This document shows, piece by piece, positions 50,729 through 61,052 of a stretch of DNA of 64,000 nt (the first letter of the stretch is position 1; the number at the start of each line of letters is the position of its first letter). The position numbers and the translations under genes are program-made. The notes beneath the pieces were generated by a model. It did no database searches. It was not told the DNA's origin and saw only the letters and a list, made by a program, of their open reading frames with translations. The DNA is from a candidate division FCPU426 bacterium (lineage in GTDB: Bacteria > Oederibacteriota > Muellerivitia > Muellerivitales > Muellerivitaceae), in NCBI GenBank assembly GCA_963796105.1, contig CAWCKJ010000002.1:32001-96000 (forward strand), in the 5' to 3' direction.

Positions 50729-51991
50729 ATGGAAAATTTATACGATTACAAGAAATTTTACGTCCTTTACGTGGACGACGAGCTGAAGTCCCTCAAGTAT
50801 TTCAGGGAGACCTTCGGGGAGAAGTTCGCCATCCTGACCGCCGTCAACGCGGAGGAGGGCTTCCGGATCCTGAAGGAGAACCAGACCACGACCGCGGTGC
50901 TCATGACCGACCAGCGCATGCCGGGGGAGAAGGGCGTCCAGCTTTTGGAGAGGGCCCGGCAGTTGAACCCGCGCGTCCTGCGCATCCTCATCACAGCCTA
51001 CTCGGACCTGGACACGGCCATCGATTCCGTCAACGTGGGGGCCATCTACAAATACGTCACCAAGCCCTGGGACATTCCCCAGTTGGAGGTCACCTTGAAG
51101 AGGGGCATCGAGTTCTTCATCGTCCAATCCGAGAGGGACCAACTTCTCCGCGAGAAAATCTCCACCCTCTACAACGTCATGCTGACCGACCGGATCCTGG
51201 GCCTGGGCCTCCTGGCCACGGGCCTGAGCCACCACATCCGCAATTCCCTGGTGGCGGTCAAGACCTTCCTGGACCTGGCCCCCGTGAAATTGAAGGAGGA
51301 AAACCTGGACCTGGACCAGATGAGGAACGCGGATTTCTGGAAGGAATACTACAAGAAAGTCCAGGGCCAGATGGACAAGGTGGCCGGGCTGTTGAACGAC
51401 CTATGGGAGTCCTCAGAGCGCCCGTACATCGAGTTTCCCGACCAGATGAGGGCGGGCCAGGCGCTGGGGGAGGCCCTCGCGAAGGCCGGGCCTGATTTGG
51501 AAAAGAAGGGGATTGCCGTGGAGAACCGGATACCCGCGGACCTCCCCGACCTGAGGGTGGACAAGAAAAAATTCCTGCGGTTGTTCGAGCTACTTCTCCG
51601 GGAGGAGGCCTCCGCCCTGCCTTCTGGGAGCCGGGTGGGTTTCACCGGCCGGGTGGCCGGGCCCAAGGGCGGGCCGGAGGAAATCCAGATCGAGATGGAG
51701 GACAACGGGCCGGCCTTGAGCGAGTCCGCCTCCAGGTCCCTGTTCGATCCCTTTTTCGTGCGAACCGCCAACCCCCAGGAGTTCGGGCTTTACCTCATGA
51801 CCTGCTTTTTCATCGTCTACCATCACGGCGGAAGGATCGCTGCCAGCCGTGATGAGAAGCGCGGAAACATCCTGACGATCACCCTGCCCTTGAACCCGCC
51901 CGTACAGGTTTCCGGCGCCGACCAGCGGGATTTCATCAGCAAGATCCTCATCAACGAGTCCATGTGGGAGCGGCTTCTTTCGGGAATTTGA
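50729..51991 (+). CDS. PhcR/PhcQ-like response regulator with degenerate kinase-like output domain
   Basis: YVDDE..TDQRMP..TKPW receiver; SHHIRNSL H-box; eroded ATPase boxes (EFGLYL). Confidence 0.82.
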   Translation: MENLYDYKKFYVLYVDDELKSLKYFRETFGEKFAILTAVNAEEGFRILKENQTTTAVLMTDQRMPGEKGVQLLERARQLNPRVLRILITAYSDLDTAIDSVNVGAIYKYVTKPWDIPQLEVTLKRGIEFFIVQSERDQLLREKISTLYNVMLTDRILGLGLLATGLSHHIRNSLVAVKTFLDLAPVKLKEENLDLDQMRNADFWKEYYKKVQGQMDKVAGLLNDLWESSERPYIEFPDQMRAGQALGEALAKAGPDLEKKGIAVENRIPADLPDLRVDKKKFLRLFELLLREEASALPSGSRVGFTGRVAGPKGGPEEIQIEMEDNGPALSESASRSLFDPFFVRTANPQEFGLYLMTCFFIVYHHGGRIAASRDEKRGNILTITLPLNPPVQVSGADQRDFISKILINESMWERLLSGI

Positions 51992-52455
51992 TTGGCGGGA
52001 TCTCAACCGGCTATTGGGTTTTTTAAATATTTTTAGTTATTTTTTTATAATTTGTCGGGCCGGTAAAACTGCTCAATATCTGACCCTTGCTTTCAAGCTC
52101 CTGGATTTTCATTGCCAATATCCTCGGAATAAAATTGCCCGATTCCGGCATCGGTCTGCTGATCGAATTTTTCCGGGTGGATAATTCATGGCAGGCCCCT
52201 TGATTCAGCGGTAAACTATCCCCGTCAATTAATTTTTAACACGCCCTGTGAATTCCTTCACCGGGTTATCATCATCAAAGTTTCCCTCAACGGTTTCCGA
52301 CTCGGGTGAAGCCGCCAACAATAAATATCTCAACCGTCTCTTTTCACTTTTTCAGAAACCGGTATCGGGTCTCCAGGTATTTCTATCTTCAAAAAAGCGG
52401 GTTCGAGCCGTTGGAATGCTTGCGCTTGGATTCGCGGCGTGGAAGGGAGTCGGTC

Positions 52456-52872
52456 ATGGAAAGCTTGTTATTCGTCACGAGGGAAGTTTCCGTCGGGGGT
52501 GAGGCCGTCATCCTAAGGCTGGAGGGGACGCTGGATGTCACCACGGTCGTGCAATTCGAGGCCAAGCTCCAGGAACTCGTTTTGGACCGGAAACTCAAGA
52601 TCATCGTCAACCTGGAGAAGCTATCCTACATTTCCAGCGCCGGCATAGGGGTTCTGGTTTATTTCAACCAGTTCCTGAGGAACAACCGCGGGAGCATCAT
52701 CCTGACCAACGTCAACCGGGAGACCTTCAGGATTTTCGAGTTGCTGGAGCTTCCCGAGCTGTTTCAAATCATGGTCGCGGAGAAGGACGCCTTGAGTGAG
52801 TTCGAGGGGATCAGGAAGGCCCCTTCCCTCAGGCTGAACCCCGTGCGGCTGTTCGAGGAGTCCCATGCTTGA
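52456..52872 (+). CDS. STAS-domain anti-sigma factor antagonist
   Basis: LEGTLD..LSYISSAGIG phosphorylatable Ser motif; ATG at 52456 with GGGAG RBS. Confidence 0.88.
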   Translation: MESLLFVTREVSVGGEAVILRLEGTLDVTTVVQFEAKLQELVLDRKLKIIVNLEKLSYISSAGIGVLVYFNQFLRNNRGSIILTNVNRETFRIFELLELPELFQIMVAEKDALSEFEGIRKAPSLRLNPVRLFEESHA

Positions 52873-53248
52873 GGCCAGGCTTTTTATCGAGAACCGCGCC
52901 TACCCAAGGGTCCTGACGAATATCCAAATCGGGTACCGCGTGATCTTGGAGCAAAAGGAGATGGAGCGAATTTTCCTCAGGAGAAAAAGGGAAACGGCCC
53001 GGACCGGGGACATCAGCCTGGGGGGTCTTTTTATCCTGGTGGAAGACGGATTGGAGGCGGGGCAAATCCTGCGCCTCTATATCACCCTGCCTGAGGGTTC
53101 GAGCGTACTGGCGCCAACCGCCGAGGTGGTCTGGACCAACGGGCAAGGAGGCGGCCTCAGGTTCATCACCCTTCATGAGGAGGAAAAAAACCAGCTCAGG
53201 GAGTACCTTGGGAAGTCTGCCTGTCCACCTGAGCCGACCATTCATTAG
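52865..53248 (+). CDS. PilZ-domain protein
   Basis: RAYPR (RxxxR) and DISLGG (DxSxxG) intact; AEVVW..GLRF. Confidence 0.9.
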   Translation: MLEARLFIENRAYPRVLTNIQIGYRVILEQKEMERIFLRRKRETARTGDISLGGLFILVEDGLEAGQILRLYITLPEGSSVLAPTAEVVWTNGQGGGLRFITLHEEEKNQLREYLGKSACPPEPTIH

Positions 53249-53413
53249 TCGCCACTCGTTATTGCCAAATATATTCATCCCGCCACCCGCGAACTTTTCC
53301 GGCAAATATGCAAATCCGATAAACCGTTTAACGGTTTTCCATCCTTTTTCGATGACCCGAAGTATTCCCCAGGCGTTATCCTTTCTGTAAATATTTCGTA
53401 TCGCGAGGCCCGT

Positions 53414-53656
53414 ATGGAGCAGAGGGAAATCAAGCAGTGCTTCATCGCCCGGAAAAATGTGTTCATGATCCGCGAGCTGGAAATGGCTATTGACGAGGCT
53501 GGATTCATCCAAAGCAGGGTGAGGAAAAAGTGCAGTGAGGCCGGTCTTTGCGACCAGAACAATATCATGTGCAAATGGGTTTCAATGGATTTTCATTCCG
53601 ACGGAATGGACCAAAGGGGCTCCCCACCACTAGAAGCAAATCCCCAGGACAATTAA
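53414..53656 (+). CDS. small hypothetical protein
   Basis: 80-aa ORF with GAGG RBS; no recognisable motif. Confidence 0.3.
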   Translation: MEQREIKQCFIARKNVFMIRELEMAIDEAGFIQSRVRKKCSEAGLCDQNNIMCKWVSMDFHSDGMDQRGSPPLEANPQDN

Positions 53657-53900
53657 AACAGCCTTTGCGCTCCGTTCAATTTGATCCTATGAAAAAATAT
53701 TCACCTGGTCGCCCATGGTTTCATGTATTCATCATGGGTTTTCATTGCCTTTCAAATTAAACATAAACCAAGGAACAAAGATAAATAAAATCAGAAATAT
53801 AAAATTCTAAAAGGCGTTACGTAAAACCAGGCCCTTTGCCACGGATTCAGGGGATGCACTTGGATAGAACATAGAAAAAAGGCTTTAAGCTTATATTTTT

Positions 53901-54011
53901 TAAATCCCACGTATCCCGTGCATGCCGACCTTCCTATAAGTAATAAAAGAGGTCGGTATCGTACCAATCTCCTTTTAAGTTTCATGGAAGATTGGCACAT
54001 CTGTGGCTAAA
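53901..54011. repeat. about 110-bp double-hairpin dispersed repeat, copy A
   Basis: Highly similar to 62469-62578; diverged copy at 32108-32217. Confidence 0.85.
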
Positions 54012-54112
54012 GTTTATTTTGGACCGGTGTGATGGGTTTTAATTAATTTGTGATGATTGAGGGTTTTCAAGGAGGGCCAAGATTATAGGGTGACGGGAAA
54101 TGACCCTATTTG

Positions 54113-54724
54113 TCAGGCGGGATCCTTGGCTTTTAAATAGCGCTCCAGCGATTTATAACTTATTTTCATGAGGGCCGCGACCTGCTTCTTGGTAAATTGA
54201 TTCTCGGCCATCAACCGCTCCAGGAAATACTTCGTGAATTTTTTCTCTGCCTGGAAAAGCGTTTGTTTCTGGTAATAGGCCTTCTCGATCAACGCGTTAT
54301 CGGCCGAAGTGGGGGTGTGATGCGCGGATTTTTTGGGGGTCGAATCAGCCAGGGATTCCCTGATCTTTTTCTCCAGGACCGCCTGGTCCTGGCCCGCGAA
54401 AAGAACGTCCCTGAACCCGGATTTAACCGCGGACACGACATCCCCCAGGTCCTGGGCGGGAAACAAGGCGAGCCTTTCAGCCTTGGATTGGAAATCATCT
54501 ATCTCGGAAAACAAGAATAACGCCCAGTCCTTATCTTTGTTGAACTTCCAGTCCAGGAGCAGGAGATCGTAATTCTGGCGGGTTAAAGTTTGAATGGCTG
54601 ATTCAGCTGTCTCCGCGGCGGTAGTGTCGCCGATCCGGGAGCAGATTACCTCCAGGGTCGAGCGGAAAACCGCGTCCCCTTCGAAAATGAAAATTTTAAT
54701 TTTTTCCGGGACCATTTCCACCAT
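54113..54724 (-). CDS. atypical response regulator: REC plus Fis-like HTH (paralog of 36936-37547)
   Basis: Same length (203 aa); shared LLDW, KSGF.DVL, LEKKI, YYQ, LERYL. Confidence 0.75.
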   Translation of the reverse strand: MVEMVPEKIKIFIFEGDAVFRSTLEVICSRIGDTTAAETAESAIQTLTRQNYDLLLLDWKFNKDKDWALFLFSEIDDFQSKAERLALFPAQDLGDVVSAVKSGFRDVLFAGQDQAVLEKKIRESLADSTPKKSAHHTPTSADNALIEKAYYQKQTLFQAEKKFTKYFLERLMAENQFTKKQVAALMKISYKSLERYLKAKDPA

Positions 54725-55176
54725 TCTAAAAAATCGATAAACCTAGTTTACATCCAAGAAAGTCCTTTTTAATGCACCCCCCGGAAATGGTTTTGTGCAA
54801 TTTCAAGGATAGGATCAATGACCCGGCAAAAAGAAGTATCAATGGTCGCGTGAACCTATACAGTGGTTTAATTCGGTCATTGCCATCTACTTTTTCCCTA
54901 TATGGGTAAATAAGGTCAGAAATTTTGCATTTTTATTTTTTTTATTTCTATATGTGTTAATACCCAATATTTTGAGGGATAATCAACGGGTATATAGCGG
55001 ATGAGAAACGGGTTAATGCGTTAACTTTAGTATTTTAATTTTAAACCGTATCCAAGCGCCTGGTCATAAACAACAGTTTATCCTGGAAAATAGGGATACA
55101 CGCGACGTATCGGATAGGGCGGCTGAATGATTGGGTTTATCGCTTAAACGCGGATATTCAATCGGAGGCAGGGTGT

Positions 55177-58100
55177 ATGACCATTGAAGCCAGGGCCAAA
55201 TTTATCGCCGAAATTGTGTTCGCGGCTGTGATAGCCATAATCCTGTTCGGCGGAATTTGGTTTTACGTGGTGCAGGAAAGCTACCTGAAGCGGATGGTCG
55301 AGGATGATCTTTCGAACATTTGCCGTTTGAAGATGGAAGGGATCACCGCTTGGAGGGGGGAACGCCTGGGGGATGGCGCGGTGCTCCGGGAAAGCCCTGG
55401 CGTGAACAGGGATTTGCCAGGCGCTTTGGCCCATCATCCCCAGGCCATCCGGAATATCCACGCGCGGTTCCGCTCCCTGGCGGCCCACTATGGTTATGAC
55501 AACATTTACCTCGTTAATTCCTCCGGCGGCATCCTCATCAACCTGAACGGCTGGAAGGCCGAAAGCCCCGAATCCCTTTCCTCCGAGATGGCCCCCGCTT
55601 TCGAATCCGGAAAACCCGTTTTATCGGATTTGACGGCTTCCGCCCTTGACCCCAAACCCCATAATAGCGTCATCGTTCCATTCACCATTGGCGCCGGGAT
55701 GAGGGCCGCGCAAAAATGCGCCGTCATCATGGTGTATCCGGCGGAAAAATTCCTATATAGCTTGATCCAAACCTGGCCGGTTCACAGCCGGAGCGCCGAG
55801 ACATTCCTTGTCCGCAAGGACGGCGATTCGGTCCTATACCTGAGCCCCCTGCGCTTCAATAAGGACGCCGCGCTCAAATTGCGTATCCCCTTTGCCCAGG
55901 ATGAAGAGCCGGCCGTCAAGGCGGTCAAGGGGTATGAGGGTATTGTCCAGGGGCCCGACTACCGGGGCGTCGAGGTCTTGTCCGCGGTAAAAGCCGTCCC
56001 TGAAACCCCCTGGAAAGTTATCGCGAAAGTGGACGCGTCGGAGGCCTTCTCGGCCTGGCGCGCGATGGCCCTTTTCATCATCATCCTGATTCTGCTTCTC
56101 GTGTTGATTTCGGGAGTGGTCTTTTATATCGCCTGGCAGAGAATCACGCGTGAGTATAAACAAACCCTCAGCCGAACCCAAGACGCTTTGTCAGAAAGCG
56201 TCGATCAGTTTCAAATCGCTTTTATGAATATGGTTACGGGGATGTCCATGGTCGATTTGAGCGGCCGTTGGACCCTAGTCAGCCCAGGCTTGTGCGTCAT
56301 TACGGGTTATTCGGAGACTGAGTTGCTGAAGATGAATTTCTTCGACCTTTCCCTGCCGGAAGGCCTTGAGACGGTCCTCTCGAAATTTCGCAAGCTGGCT
56401 TCGGGAGAAATAGACTTTTTCCGAATGGAAAACCGTTACCGCCACAAGGACGGCCACGTACTCTGGATAGAATTGACCGTCACCCCGATCCTGGCCGCGA
56501 ACGGAAAACCGAAATATTACATTTCCCAGATCTTGAATATCAACGAGAGGAAAATGATCGATGAAATCCTGCGCTCCACCGAGGAGAAATACCGGCAAGT
56601 CGTGGAAAACGTCATGGAGGGGATAAGCGTGATCCAGGACGGGCAGATCAAGTTCGTCAACACCTTCGCCGCCCATTCCATGGGTTATGAGCCAGAGGGG
56701 ATGAAGGACCTGCCCTTCGAAAAGATCATCCACCCAGACGACCGGGCCCAGGTGGCCGAGAACCACAGACGCAGGCTGGCTGGCGGGAAATTCGAGAGTA
56801 ATTACCAGTTCCGGATCGTGACGCTTTTGGGCCAAATCCGGTGGGTCGAGATCAACGCGGTCAAGATAGAATGGGAGGGTCGCCCGGCCACCTTGAATTT
56901 CACCAGCGACGTTACCGAGAAAAGGAAAGCCTTGGCCTCCCAGAGCGAAAACGAGAGGCGCTACCGCGCCCTCTTCGACTCGGCCCTGGACGCCATCTTC
57001 ATCAGCGACCAGGTGAGCCAAATGGTCCTGGACGCCAACCCTGCGGCCTGCCTGCTTTACGGCTATACCAGGGGGGAATTCCTCCGGAAAAAAATGGCCG
57101 AAGTTTCCGCGGAGCCCGCCAAGACCATCCGCGCCATTACGGACAATACCGTCCTGGTTTCGGACCGTCTTCACCGGAAAAAAGACGGGACCATCTTTCC
57201 GGTCGAGGTTTCCTCCACCATCATCAACCTGGGGGGCCGGCTCCTGAGGATCGGCATCATCCGGGACATCACCTCCCGGCGGAAGGCCGAGGAGGATTTA
57301 CGGGACAGCGAGGAAAAGCACAGGATCCTTTTCGAGACCTCTACCGACGCCCTCATGACCCTGGAACCCCCGGATTGGCGATTCTCCCTGGGGAATCCGG
57401 CCTGCCTCAGGCTTTTCCTGGCCAAGGACGCGGCCGAGTTCGAGTCGAAGGGCCCCTGGGACCTTTCCCCGGAGTTCCAGCCGGATGGGCAGCCCTCCGA
57501 CGAGAAGGCGGGGGCGATGATCGAGAAGGCCGTCCGGGAAGGCTCCCATTTCTTCGAGTGGACTCACAGGCGCCTCGACGGGGAGTCGTTCCCGGCGACG
57601 GTTCTCCTGACTAGGTTCGAGCGCGGCGGCAAGCTTCTGCTCCAGGCGACGGTGAGGGACATTACGTTCCAGAAGAAGGCGGAAACCTACAGGGAAATGG
57701 GCAGGGAAATCATCCAAATCATGAACCAGCCTGGGGACCTGAGAGAGGTCCTCCAGAGGGTGGCGGCCCATTTGAGGGAAAGGACCGGCTTCGACGCCGT
57801 GGGAATCCGCTTGCGGGAAGGGCAGGATTTTCCCTATGCCGCACATCTGGGTTTCTCCAAGAATTTCCTTTTGACCGAGAATTCCCTGACCAGGGCCGGG
57901 AAGGACGGCCTGGCTTGCCGGGACCAGGATGGAAACGTCCTGCTGGAATGCACCTGCGGTTTGGTCCTGCGGGGAAAAGCGGATCCTTCCAATCCCCTTT
58001 TCACGAAAGGCGGAAGCTTTTGGACGAATGAATCGCGCCCCCTCCTGAACATCCCGCCGGAGGAGGAACTGCGCCTTTACCCGCGGAATAAATGCGTCCA

Positions 58101-60825
58101 CCTGGGTTACGATTCCCTCGCCCTGGTTCCCATCCGCGATAAGGAAAAAATCATTGGACTGGCGCAGTTCAACGACCCCCGGTCCGGGTGTTTCTCCCTT
58201 GAGATTGTTGAGATGCTGGAGGGGATCGCTTCCATCCTCGGGGAGGCCATCACCCGAATCCGGGCGGAGGAGGAGCTGAGGTTCCAGAATCTCCTGCTTT
58301 CCACCGAGCACGAGGCTTCCTTGGACGGCATCCTGGTGGTGGGGGAAAAAGGAAAAATCCTTTCCTTTAATAAAAAATTCATCCAAATGTGGAGGATTCC
58401 TTCCAGTGTCATCGCCACGAAATCGGATGAGAAGAACCTGGAGTACGTGATTGGCCAATTGGCGGAGCCGGAGTCGTTCATGTTGAAGGTCCAATACCTC
58501 TACCAGCACAGGTATGAGACCAGTTTCGACGAGGTCGCCCTGAAAGACGGCAGGGTCTTCGACCGCTATTCCTCCCCCATGATCGGGCCGGATGGAATTT
58601 ACCGGGGAAGGATCTGGTATTTCCGGGACATGACGGAGCAGAAAAAAGCCCAGCAAACCCGGGAAAGGCTGAATTTGATCCTGAAAAGCGCCCCGGAAGC
58701 CATCACGGGAAGCGATCTTCAGGGTGTTTTTACCGATTGGAACAAGGGGGCTGAGATTCTCTACGGCTACAAGGCCTCGGAGGTCCTGGGGAAACCCGTG
58801 TTGCTTTTAGCGCCGGAGGGTATGGAAAAGCAATTCCTTGGGTTGAGGGAAAAAACCTTGAATGGCGAAACCGTTCTAAACCACGAGACGAAGCGCCGCA
58901 GGAAAGATGGAAGTCTGGTAGAGGTGTCACAGACTCTTTTCCCGATGAGGGACAACCAGAACCGGATCATCGGGGTGACCGCGGTGGCCAGGGATATCAC
59001 TGAACTCAAAAATGCTGAAAATGTGCTCAAGGAGAGTGAGATCCGGTTCCGGACCCTCATTGAGAAGGCGCCGATCGCCATGAGCCTTTCCCGCGACGGC
59101 GTCAGTTTGTACGGCAACCAGAAGCTCCGCGAGATTGTGGGCTTGAACAGTCCCAAGGAGACGGTTGGAACCAAGATTGGGGAATATTTCGCGCCGGAAT
59201 ACCGGGAGGCGAGCCAGGAGCGTACCAAGCGGCGCGTCAAGAGTCTTCCGGTTCCCGAGGAGTTTGAGTCGGTCTTTTTGCGCGGGGATGGCTCCTCATT
59301 TCCCGTCCGGATTTCGGTGAAGGAAGTCCAGCTTCCGGATGGACCGGCCCACATGGCCTTCATAACCGACCTCACCGAGCAAAAGCAATCCGAGAAATTG
59401 CTTGTCGCCAAGGGGGCCTCCGACGCCGCCAACCAGGCCAAGAGCGTGTTCCTGGCCAGCATGTCCCACGAGATCCGTACCCCCATGAACGCCATCCTGG
59501 GTTTCGCCCAGCTCCTGGCGAGGGACCCGGACCTCACCGCCCGGCAGGCCAGGCAGTTGGACAACATCGACCGGGCCGGGAACCACCTGCTTTCCCTCAT
59601 CAACGACGTCCTGGAAATGTCGAAGATCGAGGCCGGCCGGATCACGCTTCATCCCAACCATTTCGGATTGGATGCCTTCCTGGGCGACCTGGAGGTCATG
59701 TTCCGTCTTCGCGCCGCCGAGAGGGGGCTGGATTTCATGATCGAGAAGAGCGGGGATTTGCCCAAGTATGTATGCGCGGACGAGGCCAAACTCCGCCAGG
59801 CCCTGATCAACCTGCTGGGGAATTCCCTGAAGTTCACTGAAAAGGGAAGCGTCCGGCTGAGGGCCAGGTCCGAGCGGTCGAAATCAAACGACCTTCGCCT
59901 CGTTATGGAGGTTTCCGATACGGGTCCTGGGATTTCTCGGGAGGAAATGGAATGCCTTTTCGACCCCTTCGAGCAGGGCAAGGCCGGCCAATTGGCCGGT
60001 ACAGGCACGGGTCTGGGCTTGACCATCAGCCGCCGTTTGGCGCGCCTCATGGGGGGCGACCTCACGGCCGAGAGCCAAATAGGAAAGGGAAGCACCTTCA
60101 GGCTGGAAGTCCAGGTCGAGGAGGGTTCCCCCGAGAAAGTGGCCTCCCCGCTCGAGGGGCGCAAGGTGAGGGCCCTGGCCCAGGGACAGCCCCATTACCG
60201 CGTTCTGGTAGTGGACGATCGGGAGGATAACCGCGCGGTCCTGAGCGGAATCCTTTCCCCCCTCGGGTTCGAGATCCAGGAGGCCTCCGACGGCAGGGAA
60301 ACCATCGAGAAGAACCTCGAGTGGAATCCCCAGCTCATCCTGCTGGACATGAACATGCCGGTGATGGACGGCTACGCGGCCCTCCGGCTCCTGAGGGAAA
60401 AGGGCTCGGCGGTCCCCGTCATCGGGATCTCGGCCAGCGCCTTCGAGGAAAACCGCAGGGCGGTCCTGGCGGCGGGAGCGGATGATTTCATCGGAAAACC
60501 CCTTCGGGAGGAGGACCTGCTCGAGAAGATCAAGTACGTCCTGGGGGCCCAATACGAGTATGGGGAAAAATCCCCCCTCCTATCCCCTTCCGCCCCCCCA
60601 CTGGATGAAAAGGCCTTGTCCTCGGCCCTGGCGGAGCTTCCGAGAAAATGGCTGGAGCAATTGGCCGAGGCCGCCTCCAAGGCGCGCCTGGACCGTTTGA
60701 TTCTTCTCATCGGACAGGTGGAACAACAATCGCCCGAGGCGGCGCGTCAGCTCCGCCAGCTGGCGGACGGTTTTAGGTACGCGGACTTGATCCGGTTGCT
60801 TCCCAAGGGGGTCCTGAAATCGTGA
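55177..60825 (+). CDS. large hybrid sensor kinase: 2 TM with periplasmic Cache-like domain, about 7 PAS, Cys-rich GAF, HisKA, HATPase, REC
   Basis: Repeated PAS/PAC ends (RDIT/SDVT); SHEIRTPMN; GTGLGL; VVDD..LLDMNMP..GKP. Confidence 0.92.
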   Translation: MTIEARAKFIAEIVFAAVIAIILFGGIWFYVVQESYLKRMVEDDLSNICRLKMEGITAWRGERLGDGAVLRESPGVNRDLPGALAHHPQAIRNIHARFRSLAAHYGYDNIYLVNSSGGILINLNGWKAESPESLSSEMAPAFESGKPVLSDLTASALDPKPHNSVIVPFTIGAGMRAAQKCAVIMVYPAEKFLYSLIQTWPVHSRSAETFLVRKDGDSVLYLSPLRFNKDAALKLRIPFAQDEEPAVKAVKGYEGIVQGPDYRGVEVLSAVKAVPETPWKVIAKVDASEAFSAWRAMALFIIILILLLVLISGVVFYIAWQRITREYKQTLSRTQDALSESVDQFQIAFMNMVTGMSMVDLSGRWTLVSPGLCVITGYSETELLKMNFFDLSLPEGLETVLSKFRKLASGEIDFFRMENRYRHKDGHVLWIELTVTPILAANGKPKYYISQILNINERKMIDEILRSTEEKYRQVVENVMEGISVIQDGQIKFVNTFAAHSMGYEPEGMKDLPFEKIIHPDDRAQVAENHRRRLAGGKFESNYQFRIVTLLGQIRWVEINAVKIEWEGRPATLNFTSDVTEKRKALASQSENERRYRALFDSALDAIFISDQVSQMVLDANPAACLLYGYTRGEFLRKKMAEVSAEPAKTIRAITDNTVLVSDRLHRKKDGTIFPVEVSSTIINLGGRLLRIGIIRDITSRRKAEEDLRDSEEKHRILFETSTDALMTLEPPDWRFSLGNPACLRLFLAKDAAEFESKGPWDLSPEFQPDGQPSDEKAGAMIEKAVREGSHFFEWTHRRLDGESFPATVLLTRFERGGKLLLQATVRDITFQKKAETYREMGREIIQIMNQPGDLREVLQRVAAHLRERTGFDAVGIRLREGQDFPYAAHLGFSKNFLLTENSLTRAGKDGLACRDQDGNVLLECTCGLVLRGKADPSNPLFTKGGSFWTNESRPLLNIPPEEELRLYPRNKCVHLGYDSLALVPIRDKEKIIGLAQFNDPRSGCFSLEIVEMLEGIASILGEAITRIRAEEELRFQNLLLSTEHEASLDGILVVGEKGKILSFNKKFIQMWRIPSSVIATKSDEKNLEYVIGQLAEPESFMLKVQYLYQHRYETSFDEVALKDGRVFDRYSSPMIGPDGIYRGRIWYFRDMTEQKKAQQTRERLNLILKSAPEAITGSDLQGVFTDWNKGAEILYGYKASEVLGKPVLLLAPEGMEKQFLGLREKTLNGETVLNHETKRRRKDGSLVEVSQTLFPMRDNQNRIIGVTAVARDITELKNAENVLKESEIRFRTLIEKAPIAMSLSRDGVSLYGNQKLREIVGLNSPKETVGTKIGEYFAPEYREASQERTKRRVKSLPVPEEFESVFLRGDGSSFPVRISVKEVQLPDGPAHMAFITDLTEQKQSEKLLVAKGASDAANQAKSVFLASMSHEIRTPMNAILGFAQLLARDPDLTARQARQLDNIDRAGNHLLSLINDVLEMSKIEAGRITLHPNHFGLDAFLGDLEVMFRLRAAERGLDFMIEKSGDLPKYVCADEAKLRQALINLLGNSLKFTEKGSVRLRARSERSKSNDLRLVMEVSDTGPGISREEMECLFDPFEQGKAGQLAGTGTGLGLTISRRLARLMGGDLTAESQIGKGSTFRLEVQVEEGSPEKVASPLEGRKVRALAQGQPHYRVLVVDDREDNRAVLSGILSPLGFEIQEASDGRETIEKNLEWNPQLILLDMNMPVMDGYAALRLLREKGSAVPVIGISASAFEENRRAVLAAGADDFIGKPLREEDLLEKIKYVLGAQYEYGEKSPLLSPSAPPLDEKALSSALAELPRKWLEQLAEAASKARLDRLILLIGQVEQQSPEAARQLRQLADGFRYADLIRLLPKGVLKS

Positions 60826-61052
60826 ATCAAATCTGGCGGGATTGGAAATATTTTTTGATAAAAAAATCGAATTTGGCAATTTTGCGGGACACATTTTGTC
60901 TCCACCTCTGAAAGAGGGACATTTCGGTTTGTGGGTAACATAGGGGGTTTTCCCTATGAGCGCCTTTGGAATAAGGGGGAGTTAGTCTTTTCTTGCCTCT
61001 TTGTCAAAGGCTAATACCCCTATCCCCCTTTTTCAAAGGGGGGAGTTGATGT

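Noticed and set aside
56275..60552. Long minus-strand ORFs opposite the large kinase
   Set aside because: GC-rich antisense shadows with no recognisable motifs
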